Shown in pieces: positions 8,424 to 15,147 of a stretch of 17,294 nt of DNA. Origin of the DNA: a candidate division WOR-3 bacterium (GTDB lineage Bacteria; Hydrothermota; Hydrothermia; LBFQ01). The stretch covers positions 1 through 17,294 of the forward strand of contig JALUCS010000024.1 in NCBI GenBank assembly GCA_027050205.1, in the 5' to 3' direction. The notes under the pieces were generated by a model. The model had not been told where the DNA came from, did not search any database, and saw only the letters and a program-made list of their open reading frames with translations. Position 1 is the first letter of the stretch. Each line of letters starts with the position of its first letter. The position numbers and the translations under genes were made by a program.

Positions 8424-9209
8424 TTAGGCCCCCATAGCGGAGTACCTCTTCAGGCCGAGCCTCCACAGGAACCGGTTTATGATGAGGGCGGCGACGAACC
8501 ACATAGCCATCACCCCTACGCCGCGGGCGAGGTCCACTTCTTTGCCGAGGAGTATGTTGACGGGGAAGTTTATCATGTAGGGGAAGGGAGTCCAGAGGAC
8601 GAACTCCCTTACGGCTTCGGGGAAGAGCTTCAGGGGAGCGACGTACCCCGACAGGAAGAGGAAGACGAGGAAGTGGAGGTCCTCAAAGGCTACGACCCTC
8701 TCCATCCAGAAGGCGAGCATAGCAAGGCTGTACTGTATCAGAAAGCGGGTAGCGAAGGCGAGATGTACGACGAGGAGGAAGAGGAGGACGTCCGTAAGGG
8801 AGGGGATCCAGAGGGCCTTGGGGTAGAGGAGGAAGAACAGGAGGATGAGGGCAGCGAGGAAGGGGAGGCGGGAGAGCCTCTCGGCGAGGTGGGTTGAGAC
8901 GTACCGCCATATGGGGTCCATAGGCTGGAGGAGGTAGTGGGAGAGGTGGCCGTAGAGTACGTCCTCCTCAAACTCCCATATCACCCAGACGGCTATGAGC
9001 TGGTGGGTTACGAAGACGGCGAGGTAGTACCGAGCGAACTCCACGGGGGAGATGCCGTAGTCGTGCTGGGAGGCGGCCGTCATCCATACGGCCATCAGGA
9101 TAAAGGGGAGGATACCGGCGAGCATCCACAGGACTATCTCGGCCCTGTACTCCAACATATAGGCGTAGTAGACGGATACGAAGGTCCGGAGTCTCCTTAG
9201 AAGGCTCAC
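8424..9209 (-). CDS. ABC-2 family transporter permease (ABC2_membrane_6-like)
   Basis: About six hydrophobic segments and the motifs [30 protein letters not shown] and GLKRYSAMG. The GTG start overlaps the EF-G stop (GTGA). Confidence 0.85.
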   Translation of the reverse strand: MSLLRRLRTFVSVYYAYMLEYRAEIVLWMLAGILPFILMAVWMTAASQHDYGISPVEFARYYLAVFVTHQLIAVWVIWEFEEDVLYGHLSHYLLQPMDPIWRYVSTHLAERLSRLPFLAALILLFFLLYPKALWIPSLTDVLLFLLVVHLAFATRFLIQYSLAMLAFWMERVVAFEDLHFLVFLFLSGYVAPLKLFPEAVREFVLWTPFPYMINFPVNILLGKEVDLARGVGVMAMWFVAALIINRFLWRLGLKRYSAMGA

Positions 9210-11269
9210 AGGTTGCCCGCCTGCCAGTCCTCCGCGGGGCGGAAGGTTATGTCCTTTATGTCGTAGGTGGCCCTGCCCTTTGAGGCAGAGCGGAGGTTGT
9301 CGGCGAGATCAAAGGTGTTCTTCAACGGGAGGACGGCCTCAACGACCTGATAGCCGAACTCCTCCCTCACGTCCCTTATGTCTCCTCCGAGGGTCCTCAA
9401 GGTGTCCATTATCTTACCGAGGTACTCTCCGGGGGTCTGTACGACCACCCTCGCGTAAGGCTCCAAGAGGATAGGTCCGGCGGAGTTGAGGGCCTCCGTC
9501 AGGGCCTTCAGGAAGGCCGCACGGGCGGCGAGGGGGGTTATGTCCTCCGGGTTCTCCACCTCCACCGAAACCCTTACCCCCTTGAGGGGATACCCCATAA
9601 GGGGACCGAACTCCATCGCCTCGTAGAAGGTCTTCCTTAGGGCCTCCTCCACCGGCCCCATCTCCACCCCCTCAACGGTGAGGTGGTTCCCCTCATCCCC
9701 GGAAGGTTCAACCTTCACCCTGACCTTTCCCCTGTGTATGGCGTCGGCCGTCTCCTGATGGAACTCGCCCTTGGCCTCCGCCTCCTTAGTTATGGTCTCC
9801 CTGTAGGACACGAAGGGCCTACCCGTCCTCACCTCAAGGTTCATGTCCTCCTTGAGGCGGCTCACCACCACGTCCAGGTGGAGCTTTCCCATCCCCGTCA
9901 GGACTATCTGCCCGGTACTCTCCTCCTTCCTCACCTTGAGGGACGGGTCCTCAACCTCCAGGAAGTGAAGGGCCTCTTCCAGGGCCTCGGCGTCCTTTGA
10001 GTACTTTGGCTCCACCCTTACGGAGACCAGAGGCTGCGGGAAGTCCATCCTCTCCAACTCCACCGGCTCCTCCCGCACGGTTACGGTGTCCCCCGTCTGC
10101 GTCCTGTCGGACAGGCCCACGAGGGCGACTATATCCCCCGCCTTGGCCACCTGTAGTTGCTCCTTCCGGTTGGCAAACATACGGTATATGCGGGTGGCCC
10201 TCATCGTCTCACCCGTGCGGGGGTTGTAGAGTTTCGTCATAAAGGTTATCTCACCACGGTATATCCGCACGTAGAAGAGCTTCTGCTTCCCCTTCGGGTC
10301 TATCTGGATCTTGAAGACCTGGGCGACCAAGGGTCCCTCCCCCGTCCTTATCTCAACCCTCTCCCCGTTCTTCCTGCCAACGACGGGGGGGACGTCCAAG
10401 GGGGAGGGGAGGAGGTCCACTATGGCGTCTATGAGGGGCTGGATCCCCTTGTTCCGGAGGGCAGAGCCTACGAATACGGGGAAGACCTCCCTCTTCACCA
10501 CGGCCTCCCTTAGGGCCTTCTTCATCCTCTGGGGAGAGACGCTCCCCTTCTCCTCGTACTCCTCCAATATCTCCGGGTCGTAGTCGGCGAGCCTAAGGAC
10601 GATATCTTCGTAGTAGGGCAGGATATCCTCCGTAAGGGCAAGGTCCTCCGTCCTGTACTTCTCGCCCGTTTCGTCTATGTCCCAGATGTACTCCTTCAGG
10701 TCTATCAGGTGCTTCACCCCGACGAAACCGTGTTCCTCACCGATGGGGAGGGTTACGAGGAGGGGGTCTATACCCAGTCGCTTCCTCATTCCCTCAATCG
10801 TCCTCTCGTGGCTCGCCCCTATGCGGTCCATCTTGTTGATGAAGACGATGCGGGGGACCCCGTACTTGTCAGCCTGACGCCAGACGGTCTCGCTCTGCGG
10901 CTCAACCCCCTCAACGGCGCTGAAGATTACGACGAGGCCGTCCAGGACCTTCAAGGCCCTCTCAACCTCAACCGTGAAGTCTATGTGGCCGGGGGTATCT
11001 ATGATGTTTATCTGGTGTCCCTTCCAGAAGGTGGTGACGGCGGCGGAGGTTATGGTTATCCCCCTCTCCTTCTCCTGCTTCATCCAGTCCGTCGTGGCCG
11101 TACCGGTGTCTACACTCCCCAACTTGTGGGTGCGGCCGGTGTAGTATAGGACCCTCTCGGTGGTGGTAGTCTTACCGGCGTCTATGTGCGCTATGAAACC
11201 GATGTTCCGTATCTTACTTAGATCGTACTCCTCCCCCTTTCTGGGAGCCTTCCCCTTCTTCTTGGCCAT
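9206..11269 (-). CDS. fusA: Elongation factor G family GTPase, divergent paralog with degenerate domain IV
   Basis: [64 protein letters not shown] and LLEP. The domain IV consensus loops are absent, so it may not be the main translocase. Confidence 0.85.
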   Translation of the reverse strand: MAKKKGKAPRKGEEYDLSKIRNIGFIAHIDAGKTTTTERVLYYTGRTHKLGSVDTGTATTDWMKQEKERGITITSAAVTTFWKGHQINIIDTPGHIDFTVEVERALKVLDGLVVIFSAVEGVEPQSETVWRQADKYGVPRIVFINKMDRIGASHERTIEGMRKRLGIDPLLVTLPIGEEHGFVGVKHLIDLKEYIWDIDETGEKYRTEDLALTEDILPYYEDIVLRLADYDPEILEEYEEKGSVSPQRMKKALREAVVKREVFPVFVGSALRNKGIQPLIDAIVDLLPSPLDVPPVVGRKNGERVEIRTGEGPLVAQVFKIQIDPKGKQKLFYVRIYRGEITFMTKLYNPRTGETMRATRIYRMFANRKEQLQVAKAGDIVALVGLSDRTQTGDTVTVREEPVELERMDFPQPLVSVRVEPKYSKDAEALEEALHFLEVEDPSLKVRKEESTGQIVLTGMGKLHLDVVVSRLKEDMNLEVRTGRPFVSYRETITKEAEAKGEFHQETADAIHRGKVRVKVEPSGDEGNHLTVEGVEMGPVEEALRKTFYEAMEFGPLMGYPLKGVRVSVEVENPEDITPLAARAAFLKALTEALNSAGPILLEPYARVVVQTPGEYLGKIMDTLRTLGGDIRDVREEFGYQVVEAVLPLKNTFDLADNLRSASKGRATYDIKDITFRPAEDWQAGNL

Positions 11270-11277
11270 GGCTTCCC

Positions 11278-11412
11278 TTAGACCGTGAGCCTCTTACGCC
11301 CCTTCCTGCGACGGCGTTTCAGTACCTTCCTCCCTCCGGGTGTCCTCATCCTCGCCCTGAAGCCGTGCGTCCTCTTCCTCTTACGACGGGAAGGTCTGTA
11401 GGTGATAGACAT
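11278..11412 (-). CDS. rpmH: 50S ribosomal protein L34 (44 aa; absent from the ORF track)
   Basis: Manual translation: [44 protein letters not shown]. Contains the HGFRARM..GR..L.RRR.KGR signature. Confidence 0.97.
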   Translation of the reverse strand: MSITYRPSRRKRKRTHGFRARMRTPGGRKVLKRRRRKGRKRLTV

Positions 11413-11435
11413 AGGCGGCTATTATACTGGGGAAA
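11413..11435 (-). promoter_or_regulatory. Putative leaderless promoter of rpmH (TTTCCCCAG-TATAAT-AGCCGCCT-ATG)
   Basis: TATAAT (11421-11426) 8 nt before the ATG. One mismatch to the rpsL upstream element. Confidence 0.75.
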
Positions 11436-11436
11436 G

Positions 11437-12081
11437 CTACCCTACGAAATCCCGCAGGTAGGCGAGGAGGCCGTCGGATATGGGGCTGGGGTGCCTCTCC
11501 GGGTGCCACTGGACGGCGAGGACCTTTAGGGTGTCCGACTTGAAGGCCTCAACGAGGCCATCTTCGGCCCTCGCCAAGATCTGGAGGTCCTGGACCTCCG
11601 TCGGCAACACCTTCACCCCCTGATGGTGGCGGCTGTTTACCACCCCCCTCTCCCCGAAGGCTCTCTGGAAATCTCCCTCAAACAGGACGGGGTGGAAGGC
11701 GTCTCCCTTCTCCACCCTGTGCGTCTCGGCCCTGAAGCCCGCCCTTCCGAGGTCCTGGTAGAGCTTGCCGCCGAGGACGACCGTAAGGACCTGGATCCCT
11801 CTGCATATGCCGAAGATGGGCTTACCGTCCCCCAAGGCCCTCCCTACGAGGGTCATCTCCAACCGGTCTCTCCCCTCGTTCAACTCAAGGAGGTCCGGAT
11901 ACTCCACCTCTTCGCCGTAGTATCGGGGATGGACGTCCTCACCGCCAGAGAGGACGAGGAGGTCATATTCGGGCATCCGGGCCTCCTTGGGGGTTATTAC
12001 GTCCACTTCGCCGAGGGGGGACAGGTACCGGACGTACCTCTCCGCCTTTCCCCTCTCGCTGGCCGTTATCAACACCCTCAT
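11437..12081 (-). CDS. Class I glutamine amidotransferase, peptidase C26 / gamma-glutamyl-GABA hydrolase family
   Basis: LSGGEDVHP, GICRGIQ (catalytic Cys), VNSRHHQ and VQWHPE. ATGA overlap with the upstream gene. Confidence 0.9.
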   Translation of the reverse strand: MRVLITASERGKAERYVRYLSPLGEVDVITPKEARMPEYDLLVLSGGEDVHPRYYGEEVEYPDLLELNEGRDRLEMTLVGRALGDGKPIFGICRGIQVLTVVLGGKLYQDLGRAGFRAETHRVEKGDAFHPVLFEGDFQRAFGERGVVNSRHHQGVKVLPTEVQDLQILARAEDGLVEAFKSDTLKVLAVQWHPERHPSPISDGLLAYLRDFVG

Positions 12082-12791
12082 AGGACTTTGAACACCTTTA
12101 CCCGCTTCCCTATCCTGACAACCACCACCCCGCCCTCCGGGAGACGGAAGGTCCTCCTCCCGAAGAGTATGCCGGCGAAGGTGAAGGCTACCCTACCGTT
12201 TATGCCGTAGAGCCTTACGCTTACGGCCTCTCCCCTGGCCTCTACGGTTAGGTCCCTACCCTCTAAGATGGCTCCGCCGTTGCGGGCGATTTCGGAGACG
12301 GCCACCGAGGGCATCAGGGTATCTACAAAGGAGTAGATGTTGTCTCCAGAGGAGTTCCCGTTGCCATTCGCAGCGTTCCCTACGGCGTAGATGATGATGG
12401 GACCGGAGTAGGTGGAGGCATCGGGGGTGGTGTACTCAAAGGTGAAGGCGAAGCTGTCCACGGAGTAGGGGGCGTTGTCGTGGGTGGCGTACCCTCCGGG
12501 CGTTACGTTGGTGTTGGGTCCGGCCTCGGCGAAGGTGCCGACTATGTTCCCGGCCGTATCTTTGGCCACCATCTCGCAACCGTACCGGTTGGCCGTACTG
12601 TCCCACACGACCACCGTAAGGGTGTAGGTGGTGGAAGGCTCGTAAAGGGTGGGGAGTCCGGCGACGTACACCCTCCCCGGCCCGGAGTTCAGGGTACCCG
12701 TATGACAGGAGGTGCAGTACCTGTTGTAAGGAGGATCCCCCGCGTACCCCTCCGGGGGTACGGTGGAGTAAGAGAGCATCACGAAGAGCAT
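12078..12791 (-). CDS. Secreted Reeler-like (choice-of-anchor V type) protein with CxxCH motif and T9SS-like tail (237 aa)
   Basis: PPEGYAGDP...CTSCH, YEPSTTYTLTV and GNAANGNG..SGDNIY; C-terminus RLYGINGR...KVFKVL. Start moved to ATG 12791 (6 nt after TACAAT 12798-12803); the 24-codon upstream extension in the ORF track does not look coding. Confidence 0.75.
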   Translation of the reverse strand: MLFVMLSYSTVPPEGYAGDPPYNRYCTSCHTGTLNSGPGRVYVAGLPTLYEPSTTYTLTVVVWDSTANRYGCEMVAKDTAGNIVGTFAEAGPNTNVTPGGYATHDNAPYSVDSFAFTFEYTTPDASTYSGPIIIYAVGNAANGNGNSSGDNIYSFVDTLMPSVAVSEIARNGGAILEGRDLTVEARGEAVSVRLYGINGRVAFTFAGILFGRRTFRLPEGGVVVVRIGKRVKVFKVL

Positions 12792-12900
12792 ACGTGGATT
12801 GTAAGGGAGACAGGGGACCGAGGTGCAGCCTTGCCGAAGGTTGGTGCGAGGTCTTAGTTTCAACTCTTCGTTGATGGGAGGAATCTTAAAGTGAGGCTTA

Positions 12901-13635
12901 CGGTTTATTAAAGCCCAAGTTTCAATTTCTTAAAGTCTTACTTGCAGTTTTTGAAAAGGTGTTGTTCGGCGTCAAACGACGGGTGAAGATTGTTTTTGTT
13001 AATTTTGCAATAATTTGTATTAAAATCACTAAAATTTTTTAAAGTTAAACTTTTAGTTTCCGAAGGTACGGAATACCAAATTCCTTAACGGAGACTGCGG
13101 GAATTTGCAGTGAAACCGACGGTTCTTGAAAACGCATCCGAACGTTTGCCCATCTCTGTGATCCCCCTATTCACCGAACACAGGTTTTTACTCTGCGGAC
13201 GGGGTGATGCTAACCTACGAGGGGACAAAAGTCCTGAAATTAAACTTCAACTTTTTTTAAAGATAAAATGCAGATTTATACAGTATCAACACAAACTAGT
13301 AGAAAAGTATCATTTTGCTAGCTTAACACTGATTTTTAGAGGTGCGAATGGGTCTATCCTCCCCACCGGCGTAATGTAAAAGTTAAACCCCAATTTAAGA
13401 AAAATTTCAATTATTACTTCGCAAAAATGGCGAAATTATGAGGTAATGCAGATACACATCTTAGAGCTTACGGCGGCGTAAGTGTGCGTAATATCGGGTA
13501 CGATGGGGAACCTTCACCGCACCCTTGGAACGTTTAAAATTCCGTAATACGGGTTTTGAGAATTTTGAAACGTAATTTGCGATTTATTAAATCTCAAGTA
13601 TCAATTTCTTGAAGTCTGACTTTCGGTTTTTGAAA
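12901..13635 (+). repeat. Pair of 56-bp imperfect direct repeats (12901-12956 and 13580-13635) bounding an AT-rich non-coding island
   Basis: cggtttattaaagcccaagtttcaatttcttaaagtcttacttgcagtttttgaaa versus cgatttattaaatctcaagtatcaatttcttgaagtctgactttcggtttttgaaa: 48/56 identical without gaps (manual alignment). Confidence 0.85.
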
Positions 13636-13701
13636 GTGGGAAACCCTGTCGGCCAACGGGAGACGGTGTATCCGATTGCGGTCCAAAATCCGTTATCCCC
13701 C

Positions 13702-15081
13702 TTAGCGGTGTTCGGCCTCCAGAATCTCTATCTTCAGCGAGCCTATGACCGCCATTATGGTGGCCTGCTTTTCAAGGCTGCCGTGCTGTAGGGCTATGCG
13801 GTAGGGTCTCGCCGGGAACTCCCCATAGACGGGGTCTATCGGTACCCAACGGCCACCGAGCCAGGAGACGTTCCAGGCGTGGTAGTAAAAACCGTCCCCC
13901 TGATAGACCAACCCCACCATTATGTCGGTAGGGATGCCGGCGGCTCTGGCGAGGGCGGCGTACAGGGTAGCATGCTCGTTGCAGTCGCCGTACCTCTGCT
14001 TCAGGACCTGCTTGGCCGTGGGTATGGTGACGGAACCCCGCTTCTCAAGGTTGCTGTAGACCCACTCCATTATGGCCCTCGCCTTATCTACGTCCGTCCT
14101 CTTCCCGGCAGTTATCTCCTCGGCCAAGGAGTGGATTTCGGGGTCATCTACCTCAAGGAACTGGGTGGGCTGGAGGTACTTCCTTAGGCTGTCGGGAATG
14201 CGTGGTTTTGCGGAGCCTTTGAGGGATTCGGGGTACCTTATATCTACAACGAAGGTGTCGCCGGAGACATTCAGCACCCTCTGGTTAGCGAAGTTGAGGG
14301 TCAGGTCTCCCTTCAAGGGATACATCTTGACGACGAGGCGTACGAGGTCCTTCAGGTCGCCGATGGGCTTGCCCGTAGGCCGTACGGCGTACAGGGACAG
14401 GACGTTGAAAGGCTCAACGGGGGCCTTTGCCCTCTCCGGAGGTTCCGCCACTATGTCCATCTTTAAGGGTTGGTTCTGGAGGACGAGCTTACCGTCCCTG
14501 ATGTGCGCCCTAACGACTATGCCGTGGGCGTCCAACTTCCAGAGGGTGTCGCTCTCCCTTACGACCTCGGCGTCCATGAACGAGGCGACGGACGGGTCAA
14601 AGTAGGAGTACCTCCCCTCTTTGAGTAGGCCAACGGTAGCGGCGAAGACGAAGGTCTGGGGGGTCAGGAGAGGTCCGACGAGGTCGTACTGGAACTTCTG
14701 GGGTGAGCCTTTGAGCGGTTTGTAGGTCACGTAGAACTTTCCATCCCTAACCTCCCCGCTGGCCTCAACCGTCGCATCCTGGGTCGTCATGCTGAAGTTG
14801 AAGCTCCTTATCCCCCCGTCCCTCCCCACCGTAGCCCTCTCCCTCGTCCTCATCTCCTTTATAAGGCCAAGCATTATCACCTTTAGGTACATCTGCTCAC
14901 GGAAGTCCCAGAGGCTGTCCTTCCTGTAGGCCTCCATCTCCTCCCAACCCGCCCTCTGGCCAAGCATATAGACGCTGCCGACGAAGTGGAAGTCCGGGGC
15001 CTTCTCGCCTACCGAGTCGGTCCGGCCCTTCCCCTGACCGCAGGAGAGGAGTACCGCCGCGAAGAGGATAAACCGTCTCAC
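13702..15081 (-). CDS. Transglutaminase-like (cysteine protease fold) lipoprotein
   Basis: Lipoprotein signal MRRFILFAAVLLS|C. Catalytic triad in GDCNEHA, YYHAWN and WVPIDP, plus LARAAGIP. GTG start 6 nt after TAGAAT (15088-15093). Confidence 0.85.
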   Translation of the reverse strand: MRRFILFAAVLLSCGQGKGRTDSVGEKAPDFHFVGSVYMLGQRAGWEEMEAYRKDSLWDFREQMYLKVIMLGLIKEMRTRERATVGRDGGIRSFNFSMTTQDATVEASGEVRDGKFYVTYKPLKGSPQKFQYDLVGPLLTPQTFVFAATVGLLKEGRYSYFDPSVASFMDAEVVRESDTLWKLDAHGIVVRAHIRDGKLVLQNQPLKMDIVAEPPERAKAPVEPFNVLSLYAVRPTGKPIGDLKDLVRLVVKMYPLKGDLTLNFANQRVLNVSGDTFVVDIRYPESLKGSAKPRIPDSLRKYLQPTQFLEVDDPEIHSLAEEITAGKRTDVDKARAIMEWVYSNLEKRGSVTIPTAKQVLKQRYGDCNEHATLYAALARAAGIPTDIMVGLVYQGDGFYYHAWNVSWLGGRWVPIDPVYGEFPARPYRIALQHGSLEKQATIMAVIGSLKIEILEAEHR

Positions 15082-15103
15082 GCCGGTATTCTAAGGGTGG
15101 TAT

Positions 15104-15128
15104 AATCCTGACCCAATAGGTCAAGATT
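15104..15128. promoter_or_regulatory. 25-bp palindromic operator upstream of sufB, IscR/Rrf2-type
   Basis: AATCCTGACC-CAATA-GGTCAAGATT: 10-bp arms with one mismatch and a TGAC-N7-GTCA core. Lies 6 nt upstream of the sufB -10 box TAGAAT (15135-15140). Confidence 0.65.
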
Positions 15129-15147
15129 CAGCCGTAGAATATCCCCT

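Noticed and set aside
12792..12863. 24-codon N-terminal extension of the Reeler-like ORF
   Set aside because: Not signal-like, starts at a TTG without an SD, and contains the -10 box that points to ATG 12791.
13110..13379. 89-aa ORF inside the AT-rich island
   Set aside because: Codon usage is unlike the host genes, with no recognisable motif and no -10 or SD at the start.
12857..13635. CRISPR array
   Set aside because: GTTTCAA at 12857 and 12919 diverge immediately afterwards. There is no run of regularly spaced repeats and no cas genes.
12864..13701. oriC call (AT-rich, ~1.5 kb from rpmH)
   Set aside because: I found no consensus TTATCCACA DnaA boxes, only two-mismatch variants such as TTATCCCCC, and no dnaA/dnaN in the window.
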